Assembly (NCBI GenBank): GCA_963708135.1
Contig: OY970192.1
Location: 448,001-512,000 of the forward strand
DNA from: an uncultured Gemmatimonadales bacterium
Lineage (GTDB): Bacteria > Gemmatimonadota > Gemmatimonadetes > Longimicrobiales > RSA9
Length of the DNA: 64,000 bases
Direction: 5' to 3'
Positions 46,731 through 55,333 of this stretch are shown here, piece by piece. Position numbers and translations under genes: made by a program. Numbering within the stretch: the stretch's first letter is position 1; each line of letters begins with the position of its first letter. Below the pieces are notes generated by a model. It searched no databases. It saw nothing but the letters and a program-made list of their open reading frames with translations, and was not told the DNA's origin.

Positions 46731-47678
46731 ATGCTGGACGGCAATGGAGGGGTCCTGACCAGGCACGAGATTCGACTGGAAGGTCCACGGACCCGGGGTA
46801 CGGCCATCTCGGCGGAGCTGCTCCGGGGCGTCCTGGACGTGGTTCTCGAGGGGAGCAGGCGCGCCGTTCGGATGCGCACGCAGGGGCGTAGCTCCGCTCC
46901 GGGAGCTTCGCCTCGCTGGATCGACGCCGCAGCGGACTACACCGTCGAGCTGAGACCCGGATCGACGGTGTTGGAGTTCGAGATTCCGTCGCTGCTCGAA
47001 GCGGCGCCGGAAACGTTCGGTCAGGCCGATTTCCTCTCGGATCTCGATCCGCATCAGTCGAGCTTCCACTACTTCGCGGAGAGCCTTGCCGCCGCCGTCG
47101 AGGGGAAGCGGGACTCGACGCTCTATGACCGCGGCCTGCTGGACGTGTTCCGCCGACTCGACGATGTGCTCGACCAGGGCGCGACGCGGATTACGGTGGA
47201 GGATGATCGCAGGATCGTGATCACGAAATCCGATCTTCAGGCATTGGCCAACCTGGAGGCGGAGATTCCGGAACCGCAGTACGTCAAGGTGACGGGTAGG
47301 CTCGACCAGATCCGTGCCAGTGACAGGACGTTCACCCTTCTCTCGACGAGCCGGAATCAGACCCTCAAAGGCATTGCCGAGCCGCGCCACCGGCAGCAGC
47401 TACAGGCGCTCTGGGGAAAGACCGTTATGGTTGGCGGCATGGCCCATTTCACTCCGGCCGGTGGCCTGCTGCGCCTCGATGCGGACCGGCTCCGCGAAGC
47501 TTCGCCACGGGAAGAGTCGCTCTGGGATGTAGCGCCCCGAAGCCTGGGTACGACCATTCGCAGTGCGCAGCTCAGGGTCCCGCAGGGGGCGCGTTCCGGA
47601 CTCAACGCCATTTTCGGCAAATGGCCCGGAGCCGAGCCGGACGAGCAGATCCTGGAGGCGCTGGAGCAGCTTTCGTGA
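46731..47678 (+). CDS. Hypothetical protein coupled to PIN toxin (large putative antitoxin/sensor)
   Basis: 315-aa ORF; beta-rich VKVTGRLDQI...TVMVGG region; acidic tail GKWPGAEPDEQILEALEQLS; GTGA overlap with PIN gene. Confidence 0.75.
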   Translation: MLDGNGGVLTRHEIRLEGPRTRGTAISAELLRGVLDVVLEGSRRAVRMRTQGRSSAPGASPRWIDAAADYTVELRPGSTVLEFEIPSLLEAAPETFGQADFLSDLDPHQSSFHYFAESLAAAVEGKRDSTLYDRGLLDVFRRLDDVLDQGATRITVEDDRRIVITKSDLQALANLEAEIPEPQYVKVTGRLDQIRASDRTFTLLSTSRNQTLKGIAEPRHRQQLQALWGKTVMVGGMAHFTPAGGLLRLDADRLREASPREESLWDVAPRSLGTTIRSAQLRVPQGARSGLNAIFGKWPGAEPDEQILEALEQLS

Positions 47679-48136
47679 TCCCGGAGGGGCTGGTGCTCCT
47701 GGACACGGCCGTTCTGATCCAGCTCGTGCGCGGAAATGCGGCTGGGCGGAAGATCGACCAGCAGCTGGAGCTGTCGGCGCGCAGTGACCGTCCCCTGATC
47801 TCGGTGGTGACCGTCGGAGAAGTTCGCGCTTTTGCGCTCAAGCTGGGTTGGGGTGAAGCGAAGCAGCGGCAGCTCACCGAGCTCGTTCGCCAACTCGTTA
47901 TCCTCGACATCAGGGACGATGCAGTTCTCGCGCGCTACGCGGAGATCGATTACTACTCCGAGCGTGAGGTGAAGCCGGCGCGGCCGATCGGACAGAACGA
48001 CACCTGGATTGCCGCCTCGGCGTCCGTCTACGAGGCTCACCTCATTACCTCCGACAACGATTTCGACCATCTCGTACCGCGCTTCATCTCGCGGACGAAG
48101 GTGGACGCCGGTACGGGCGAGGTCGTCGATTCATGA
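47675..48136 (+). CDS. PIN-domain (VapC-like) ribonuclease
   Basis: LLDTAVLI, ISVVTVGE, IGQNDTWIAASA, LITSDNDFDHL. Confidence 0.9.
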   Translation: MIPEGLVLLDTAVLIQLVRGNAAGRKIDQQLELSARSDRPLISVVTVGEVRAFALKLGWGEAKQRQLTELVRQLVILDIRDDAVLARYAEIDYYSEREVKPARPIGQNDTWIAASASVYEAHLITSDNDFDHLVPRFISRTKVDAGTGEVVDS

Positions 48137-48182
48137 AGGCGGAGTGGTTCGCGGGCCCGCTTCACGACCGCCATGATCCGGG

Positions 48183-48218
48183 CCGCACGTCCATGTCATT
48201 CCGCGCCGGACGGGGGAT
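48183..48218 (+). pseudogene. Tiny HIT relic
   Basis: Translates PHVHVIPRRTGD, versus AHVHIIPRRMGD in the intact HIT gene. Confidence 0.55.
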
Positions 48219-48385
48219 GGGGGGATCTACCTGCCGCTACCCACCGAATTCCCCCTGTGGGTGAGCAGCCGGAAGTTCGTGGGCTCCGAGCCGGAGCTGC
48301 TCGGGCAGTTGCTGGCCTAGGACTCTGCGATGGCTCGTCGTGCACAGGAGGTCCGCATGCCGCGTAGCGGTGGCGTGGTCGAATC

Positions 48386-49315
48386 ATGAACGCCTTCGTC
48401 GCCATCACGGACCGCGACTGGTTCGACTTCCTGGCCGCCTTGCCGGAGGTCGATGAGGTCAACTTCTGGCAGCCGAGTGCGGGCGGCGGACGCTTCCGGG
48501 CGCTGCGGCGAGGCGAGCCGCTGCTCTTCAAGCTCCGCGCACCCATCAACAAGATCGTCGGCGGTGGGTTCTTCGAGCACTACACAACGTTGCCGTTCAG
48601 CCTTGCCTGGCGTGCGTTCGGTCCGAAGAACGGGACAGCCACGCAGCAGGACTTCTGGAATCGAATCGCGCGGCTTCGGCGCGAGCCGATGGCGTCGTGG
48701 GAGGATCCGGACGTGGGCTGCATTCTGCTTGTCGAGCCGTTCTTCTGGCCCCCGGAGCTCTGGATCGACCAACCCGCTGACTGGCACCCGAACATCCAGC
48801 GCGGCCGGACCTACGACCTGCAGGTGCAGCCCGGCCGGTCCCTGTGGCGAGAGGTCGTGGACCGGCTTCAGGCATCGACAGCCCGGCCCGGTGTTGAGAG
48901 CACCGACCTCGGCGGCGGCTGGAGCGAGCCGGTCCCGCAGCGTCGCCGCCTGGGTCAGGGGACGTTCCAGGCGGTCGTGCTGGACGCATACGGACGGCGA
49001 TGCGCCATCACCGGCGAGAAGGCCGTGCCGGCACTCGATGCCGCCCACATCCGACCGTTCGCCGAGAAGCCGATGCACGAGCTCACCAATGGACTCCTTC
49101 TCCGCAGCGATGTCCATCGGCTTTTCGATGCCGGCTACATCACCGTCACCCCGGAATACCGCGTCGAGGCGAGTCATCGAATGCGTGAAGACTTTAACGA
49201 CGGCCAGAACTACTTGCGGTTGCACGGGAAGCGCGTAAGCGTGCCGAGCGCGGAGGACGAGCGTCCCAGCAGAGAGGCGCTCGCCTGGCACAACGAGAAC
49301 CGGTTCAGGGGGTGA
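48386..49315 (+). CDS. HNH endonuclease with EVE/PUA-like N-terminus (putative restriction endonuclease)
   Basis: AITDRDWFDFL, EVNFWQP, RLGQGTF, CAITGE, LDAAHIRPF, NGLLLRSDVHRLFD. Confidence 0.88.
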   Translation: MNAFVAITDRDWFDFLAALPEVDEVNFWQPSAGGGRFRALRRGEPLLFKLRAPINKIVGGGFFEHYTTLPFSLAWRAFGPKNGTATQQDFWNRIARLRREPMASWEDPDVGCILLVEPFFWPPELWIDQPADWHPNIQRGRTYDLQVQPGRSLWREVVDRLQASTARPGVESTDLGGGWSEPVPQRRRLGQGTFQAVVLDAYGRRCAITGEKAVPALDAAHIRPFAEKPMHELTNGLLLRSDVHRLFDAGYITVTPEYRVEASHRMREDFNDGQNYLRLHGKRVSVPSAEDERPSREALAWHNENRFRG

Positions 49316-49324
49316 ACAGCGTCC

Positions 49325-49429
49325 CAGGAGCTCGACCGCGCGCGGCTGGTGGTGCCGCGCTCCGCGCGGCTGCGGCCGAATCGGGAGTCCCTGGCGGAGC
49401 GGTTCGAGGGGTTCCGGAAGGCGGGGTGA
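49325..49429 (+). pseudogene. 3' fragment of the second SRA-HNH copy
   Basis: 105 bp matching 43831-43935, including the ...ttccggaaggcggggtga end. Confidence 0.88.
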
Positions 49430-49565
49430 TGGCCGCCTCACCCTGCTCGGTGCCGCCAGTACCCCGGTCGGCGCCGGTGGTGGGCGACGGCGAAGATGGT
49501 CGCCTGGCCACCCGCCTCGATCCTAGGCCGCGCTCGCGAGCGGGCGGATGGGCACGCGCGAGATC

Positions 49566-50156
49566 CGGCTGAACGATAGCAAGGGCTGCGGCGGCGTCAT
49601 GCGCGCGGCGCCGGCCGGGCTCGTCGGCGCGCCCGACCCGTTCACCCTCGGATGCGACGCCGCCGCAATCACGCACTCGCACCCGACCGGCTACGTCGCC
49701 GCCGGCTTCCTGGCGCTCGTCATCGACCGGCTGGTCGCGGATGAGCCGCTGGAGTACGCCGTGGCCGAGGGGATCAAGCGGCTCGAGCGGCTCGAGCATC
49801 TCGAGCGCGAGCCCGACGCGGAGGCGGAGGTGGAGGAGACGCGCCGGGCCGTTACCCGCGCCGTCGAGCTGGCCGGGCGAGGCGCGCCGTCGGCGGAGGC
49901 GCTGGCGACGCTGGGTGGCGGCTGGACCGCCGAAGAGGCCCTCGCCATCGCGCTGTGCGCCAGCCTCGCGCATCCGCGCGACCTCGAGGCCGGCATCGCG
50001 CTGGCCGTGAACCACTCCGGCGACTCCGACAGCACCGGCGCCATCGCCGGCAACCTGCTCGGCGCCGCGCTGGGCCGCACGGCCATCCCCGCCCGCTGGC
50101 TCGAGCTCCTCGAGCTGCGGGAGGTGATCGAGCAGGTGGCGTCGGACCTGGCCTGA
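49566..50156 (+). pseudogene. ADP-ribosylglycohydrolase, N-terminally truncated
   Basis: NDSKGCGGVMRAAP, THSHP, GWTAEEAL, AVNHSGDSDSTGAIAGNLLG; N-terminal GDALG/TDDT part absent. Confidence 0.85.
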
Positions 50157-50209
50157 TTACGGCCGCGGGCAAGCCGGCCACGGACCTCCCGGACGGAAAT
50201 CCCGAACCG

Positions 50210-50705
50210 CATCGGCGCGGGGGGGCCGAAGCCGCGGACCTTCGACGATCCGGGGCTCGAGGTGCTGCGGCGCCGGGGCCACGAGCACGAGCAGGCGTAC
50301 CTGACCGGGCTTGAGGCCAACGGCTTGACGGTGGCGGAGTCCGTGGGCGCAGATCGGGCCGCCCCCGCGGAGCAGCGGTGGCGGCGCGGCGCGGAGGGGG
50401 CGGCGGACGCGATGCGCGCGGGCGCCGGCGTCGTCTACCAGGGGGTGCCGTTCGACGGCACGTGGCTGGGGAAGCCCGACTTCCTCGTGCGGGTCGAGCG
50501 GCCGAGGACGCGCCGAGCACGCGCCGCGCGGCATGGATTTCCTCTACGGCCCGAACCGGCTGAGCGTGGCGACGTCGCGCGCGCAATGCCTGGCGATCAT
50601 CGTCGCCAGCCCGGCCATCTTCACGCCCGACTGCCGGACGCCCGCCCAGATGCGGCTGGCCAACGCGTTCTGCCGGTTCGCGGAGCTGACGAGGGCGGGT
50701 GGGGG
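50210..50705 (+). pseudogene. TM0106-type RecB-like nuclease/helicase with most of the gene deleted
   Basis: N-part RRGHEHEQAYL...VVYQG...WLGKPDFLVRV joined out of frame to C-part RGMDFLYGPNRLSVATSRAQCLAIIVASP...MRLANAFC. Confidence 0.78.
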
Positions 50706-50764
50706 TGAGCGGGCGGGCGGCGGCGAACCTTTCTGCACGCGCGTGTCGCCTCCGCGGCTCCTCG

Positions 50765-50905
50765 CGCACTTTGGGCGGCCATGCAGACCAAAGTCCCGTC
50801 GGCCTCCGCCCCGTCGTGCGCGCGGAACGGACTTTGGTCTGCATGCGCGTCGTTTCTGCGAGAGGGGTCCGCGCGGCGCGACGATCGGGGGGTTTGGTTC
50901 GCGCA
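50765..50905. repeat. ~62-bp-period palindromic array, family C
   Basis: TTTGG cores near 50770, 50833, 50893; perfect 17-bp inverted repeat CATGCAGACCAAAGTCC / GGACTTTGGTCTGCATG. Confidence 0.65.
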
Positions 50906-51048
50906 GGCGACGCCGCCGCGGCCCCGCGGAGGTCGAGGTCGTGCGGCGGCCCGCGCTCGAGTCGCCGCCCGCCCTTGACTCCGCGCCCGCCCGCGCGGCA
51001 ACCTTGAGCCCCTGACCTGCCGTCGCCCCGTTCTGGAGGAGCGGTCCC

Positions 51049-52773
51049 GTGCGCCCTCGGAGAGCTCGAGCGCCTTGCCGCGCCGTGGAATCCCGTGCGT
51101 TGGTCGGCGCGGCCCTGGTGGCCGCCTTTGCGGCCGTCCTCGCCGGCGCGGCCCGCCCGGAGGCCGCTCAGGTGCCCGCGAGCGCCGCGGCCCGCCCGGC
51201 GGCCGCGGCCGCTCGGACGCCCGCGAGCGCCGCGGCCCCCCGGCGGCCGGCCGCCCCCCCCCGCGCCCGGCATCCCGCATCCCGAACCCAGCGCCCCGAG
51301 CCCCGCGCCGCCCCGCTCCAGCCCGGCGACCTCGTCCTCCTCGGCGGCCACGTCTTCCTCGGCGCGAAGACCGGCATGGCGCCCAACACCGGCATCGTCA
51401 TCCGCGACGGCACGCTCCTCGAGGTCGGCGCCGACCTCTCCAGCGCCGACCTCGGCGGCGCCCGCGTCATCCGCCTCCGCGACGACGAGTACATCCTCCC
51501 CGGGCTGTTCGACCTGCACGCGCATTACGCCGTCGACCTGTTCGGCGCGGGGCGCGTGGACGAGTGGCACGTGAACCCGATCCTGTTCCTGGCCAACGGC
51601 GTGACCTCGACGTGGCCGGCGGGCGAGATGGACCCGGACTCGATGCGCGCGGCGCGCGAGCGCATCGACAGCGGCGAGCAGATCGGGCCGCGCATCTACA
51701 ACTCGGGGCCCTACTTCGGCACGGCGAGGCCGGGCTGGGACCACGCGGCCATGACGCCCGACAGCATCCGGAAGGAAGTCGACTACTGGGCGGCCAGGGG
51801 CGTGCGGAGCTTCAAGGCGAAGGGGATCCGCGCGGACGAGCTGCGCGCGCTGATCGCCGAGGCGCACCTGCACGGGCTCACGGTCACGGGGCACCTGGGC
51901 TCGGGCTACCGCGGCACGGTGAACCCGCGCGACGCGATCCTCATGGGGATCGACCGGGTCGAGCACTTCATGGGAGGCGACGTCATGCCCGCCACCCGCT
52001 CCGCGTACGCGTCGCTCCAGGCGCTCGACCTGTCCGACCCGGCGACCGCCGCGCAGGTCGACGTGGAGGTGCGGCTGTTCGAGCGGCAGCACGTCGTCTT
52101 CGACCCCACGCTCAGCGCGTACGGTTACTTCGGCGCGCGCGACCCGCGCGTGTACGACGACTGGGGGCGCGAGATGCGCTTCCTCACGCCGTACGCCCGC
52201 TCGGTGGTCGAGAGCCGGCTGCCGCGGCCGGTGAACGAGCAGTTCGAGAAGATCTACCGCGTGAAGATGAAGACCGTGAAGCGCTTCTTCGACCTGGGCG
52301 GGCTGCCGCTGCTCACGCTCGGCACCGACCACCCGAGCTGGGGGCAGAACTTCTCCGGCTTCGGGTCGCACCGGGAGCTGCTCGCGCTGGTGCTGGCCGG
52401 CATCCCGCCCGCCGACGCGCTGGAGATCGGCACCATCAACGGCGCCCGCGCGCTCGGTGTGGGCAACCGCCTGGGCAGCATCGAGGCGGGCAAGTGGGCC
52501 GACCTGTTCGTCGTCCAGGGCGACCCGCTGCAGGACATCCGCCACACCCGCGACGTGCGCCTGGTCGTGAAGGCCGGCGTGCCGTACGACCCGGCGGAGC
52601 TGCTCGCATCGATGGTCCGCAAGATGGGGCCGGCCAGCGCGGCCGAGGCCGACCGGTGGAAGGGGAGCGTGCGGTACGCGAAGCACCGGGCCGCGGCGGT
52701 CCCGCGGGAGGCGGTGAGGCCCGACGCCCGGGCGGGAGCCGGCGAGGCCCGAGATCCGGGCGGGAGCCGGTGA
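51049..52773 (+). CDS. Secreted amidohydrolase family protein (start uncertain)
   Basis: ILPGLFDLHAH, LANGVTS, VTGH, DRVEH, LGTDH, GSIEAGKWADLFVVQGDPL; signal-like N-terminus. Confidence 0.88.
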   Translation: MRPRRARAPCRAVESRALVGAALVAAFAAVLAGAARPEAAQVPASAAARPAAAAARTPASAAAPRRPAAPPRARHPASRTQRPEPRAAPLQPGDLVLLGGHVFLGAKTGMAPNTGIVIRDGTLLEVGADLSSADLGGARVIRLRDDEYILPGLFDLHAHYAVDLFGAGRVDEWHVNPILFLANGVTSTWPAGEMDPDSMRAARERIDSGEQIGPRIYNSGPYFGTARPGWDHAAMTPDSIRKEVDYWAARGVRSFKAKGIRADELRALIAEAHLHGLTVTGHLGSGYRGTVNPRDAILMGIDRVEHFMGGDVMPATRSAYASLQALDLSDPATAAQVDVEVRLFERQHVVFDPTLSAYGYFGARDPRVYDDWGREMRFLTPYARSVVESRLPRPVNEQFEKIYRVKMKTVKRFFDLGGLPLLTLGTDHPSWGQNFSGFGSHRELLALVLAGIPPADALEIGTINGARALGVGNRLGSIEAGKWADLFVVQGDPLQDIRHTRDVRLVVKAGVPYDPAELLASMVRKMGPASAAEADRWKGSVRYAKHRAAAVPREAVRPDARAGAGEARDPGGSR

Positions 52774-53120
52774 AACCGGAGGTCCGAGCGCGAGCCGGTG
52801 AGGCCGGAGGTCCGAGCGGGAGGCGGCGAATCCCGAGATCCGGGCGGGAGCCGGCGAGGGCGGACGACCGAGCGGGAGCCGGTGAGGGCCGAGATCCGGG
52901 CGGGAGCCGGCGAGGCCCGAGATCCGGGCGGGAGCCGGCGAGGGCGGACGACCGGGTGGGAGCTGGCGAGGCCCGACGACCGGGCGGGAGCCGGCGAGGC
53001 CCGAGATCCGGGCGGGAGCCGGCGAGGGCCGAGATCCGGGCGGGAGCCGGTGAGGGCCGAGATCCGGGCGGGAGCCGGTGAGGCCGGAGATCCGGGCGGG
53101 AGCCGGTGAGGCCGGAGGTC
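52700..53120. repeat. Degenerate tandem array of ~29-30 bp units
   Basis: gggcgggagccggYgagg(g)cc(c)gagatcc repeated about a dozen times, overlapping the amidohydrolase stop. Confidence 0.88.
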
Positions 53121-53140
53121 CTTCGCGATGGTGGAGCCGC

Positions 53141-53312
53141 GGTCAACTCCCCACGCGTACCCCGGCGCGGAGACGGTTGGGGAGTTGACCGCGCTATTCG
53201 TTGTCAACTCCCCAGGGGTCGGAGGTTGACTCGAACGGTTGGGGACTTTACCGCGCTATTCGCAGTCAAGTCCCCAACCCTCGATTCCATGGCCGACGCG
53301 TGGGGACTTTCC
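53141..53312. repeat. 61-bp-period hairpin array, family D
   Basis: GGTTGGGGAGTTGACCGCGCTATTCGTTGTCAACTCCCCA (53176) and GGTTGGGGACTTTACCGCGCTATTCGCAGTCAAGTCCCCAACC (53237), with half copies on both sides. Confidence 0.85.
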
Positions 53313-53324
53313 TGCCCTCACGGG

Positions 53325-53625
53325 CCCCCGCCCCGCCCCCGCCCCCGCCCCCGCACGCCCGGACGCCCGCGGGCCCGCACCCCCGCACCCCCGCACGGCC
53401 GCGCCCGCGGATCCCCGCACCCCGCCCCCACCCCCGCCCCATCACGGCCGCACCCGCCCCCCGCCCCCACCCCCCCGCACCCGCCCGCACGGCCGCGCCC
53501 CCGCTCCCCGCCCCCGATCCCCGCTCCCCGCCCCCACCCCCCCGCCCCCACCCGCCCCCACCCCCCCGCCCCCGCACCCCCACCCCCGCCCACCCGCACA
53601 CCCACCCCCACCCCCGCCCCCGCGC
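53325..53625. repeat. Extremely C-rich low-complexity tract (G-rich minus strand)
   Basis: (ccccg/cccca/cccgca)n over ~300 bp. Confidence 0.85.
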
Positions 53626-53653
53626 CGCAGGCCGGCGACCCGCCCGTCGCCCT

Positions 53654-55168
53654 TCACCCGGCTCCTCTCGCCGGTGTCCACCCTCCGAACGCGTCCTCGA
53701 GGAGCATGGCGCCGGCGATGGTGAGGTGGTCCGCGCCGCGCGCGGCGGTGATCTGCACGGCGCGGGGGAGTCCGCGGGGGTCGAGCCCGACGGGCGCCAC
53801 CGTCGCCGGGAACCCGAGCACGTTGAGCACGGCGGTGTAGGCGAAGTCGAAGGGGCGGAGCAGCGGCGTGTTGTGCGGCGGCGCGACGCGCGGGTGCGCG
53901 GGGAGGACGAGGATGCCCTCGGGGCCGAGCTCCTTCTCCAGCGCGGCCTGGAGCCTCGTCCCCTCCTCGACCAGCTCGCGCACGCGGCGGTCGGAGATCA
54001 GCACGTGGCCCGCGGCCTCGCCCAGGCAGAAGAGGAGGGCGGGGAGGCTGTACTCGCCCCGGCCGAACAGCGTCTTCGCGATCTCGACGGGGAGCGTGAT
54101 CGGCCGGCCGGCGCCCAGGATCTCGCGCAGCGAGAAGCCGCCCATGTCGCGGAGCGCGGCGAACCAGAGGTGGGCGGCGCGGCGGAACGGCTCGGGGTCG
54201 AGCGTCTCGACGTGGACGCCGGCCGCCTCGAGCGCGGCGACGGCGGCGGCCACGGCGGCGCGGATCGGCGGGTCAGGCGAGGCGGCGAGGAGGATGCGGG
54301 GGTCCTCGATCGCGTACGCGCGCGTGCGAGACCACTGCACTGCGGCGGGGTCGCCGAGCTCCATCGCGCGGGCGTTCGGGTCCACGCCGTCCGGGCCGGC
54401 CAGGATGCGGAGCAGCGGCGCGAGGTCGCGGGCGGAGCGGGCGAGCGGGCCGAGGACGACGTACGGGTTCCGCTTGTCGAGACGGGCCTCGGGGCCGCCG
54501 GCGTAGACGGGCCAGTGGCCGGTGAGCGGGACGAGGCCGGTGGTCGGCTTGTGGCCGAAGATGCCGCAGAATGCGGCCGGCATGCGGATCGAGCCGCCGA
54601 TGTCGGCGCCGATCCCGAAGGGCGACGCCCCCGCGGCCACGAGCGCCGCCTCGCCGCCGGAGCTGCCGCCGGGGGTGCGGCGGAGGTCGTAGGGGTTGCG
54701 GGTGCGGCCGTAGACGAGGTTCGCCGTCTCGAACCAGAAGCCCCACTCGGGGACGTTGGTCACGCCGAGCGGGATGGCGCCGGCGGCGCGCAGGCGGGAG
54801 ACGACGACGGCGTCGCCTTCCGCGACCCTCCCCAGGCGACGCCGGGAGCCGAACGTGACCGGCATCCCCTCCAGGTTCACCATCTCCTTCACCGTGAACG
54901 GCACGCCCGCGAGCGGGCCGGCCTCGCCGCGGCGCACGGCCTCGTCCGCCAGCTCCGCCTCGGCGCGGGCCGCCTCGAAGCGTTCGGCCACGAGCGCGTT
55001 CAGCATGGGATCGACGGCGCGGATGCGGGCGATGTGCGCCTCGACCGCCTCGGCGGCCGAGAGCTCCCCGGCGCGGATGCGGCGGGCGAGCTCCGTGGCC
55101 GGGACGGTCAGCACGTCCGGCAGGGTGCCTGGATCGGCTCGGGATCCTGTGTGCGGGCTCGGCGACAT
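53654..55168 (-). CDS. Amidase signature family protein
   Basis: [46 protein letters not shown]. Confidence 0.94.
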   Translation of the reverse strand: MSPSPHTGSRADPGTLPDVLTVPATELARRIRAGELSAAEAVEAHIARIRAVDPMLNALVAERFEAARAEAELADEAVRRGEAGPLAGVPFTVKEMVNLEGMPVTFGSRRRLGRVAEGDAVVVSRLRAAGAIPLGVTNVPEWGFWFETANLVYGRTRNPYDLRRTPGGSSGGEAALVAAGASPFGIGADIGGSIRMPAAFCGIFGHKPTTGLVPLTGHWPVYAGGPEARLDKRNPYVVLGPLARSARDLAPLLRILAGPDGVDPNARAMELGDPAAVQWSRTRAYAIEDPRILLAASPDPPIRAAVAAAVAALEAAGVHVETLDPEPFRRAAHLWFAALRDMGGFSLREILGAGRPITLPVEIAKTLFGRGEYSLPALLFCLGEAAGHVLISDRRVRELVEEGTRLQAALEKELGPEGILVLPAHPRVAPPHNTPLLRPFDFAYTAVLNVLGFPATVAPVGLDPRGLPRAVQITAARGADHLTIAGAMLLEDAFGGWTPARGAG

Positions 55169-55333
55169 GGCGGCTCGGGCTCGGGAGGCCGAGGCGGCGC
55201 GGAGGGCGCGCCGGCGTTCCGCGGCGCCCGCAAGCAAGACCGGGACCGTTGGGCGCCGGGCGGGCGAGCGGAGGGTCCGATCCTCGGCCCGGTGGTTTGC
55301 CGTTCCTCGTCCGGGGCCGTTAGTTTCGCGGCT

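Noticed and set aside
22560..50700. Integron cassette array or IS/prophage origin of the island
   Set aside because: No integrase or transposase, no repeated RYYYAAC...GTTRRRY attC structures (only isolated GTTAGG), and no phage structural genes
53141..53312. Possible mini-CRISPR
   Set aside because: Only two full, mutually diverged repeats, ~20-bp linkers, mirror half copies at both ends and no cas genes; better read as REP-like hairpins
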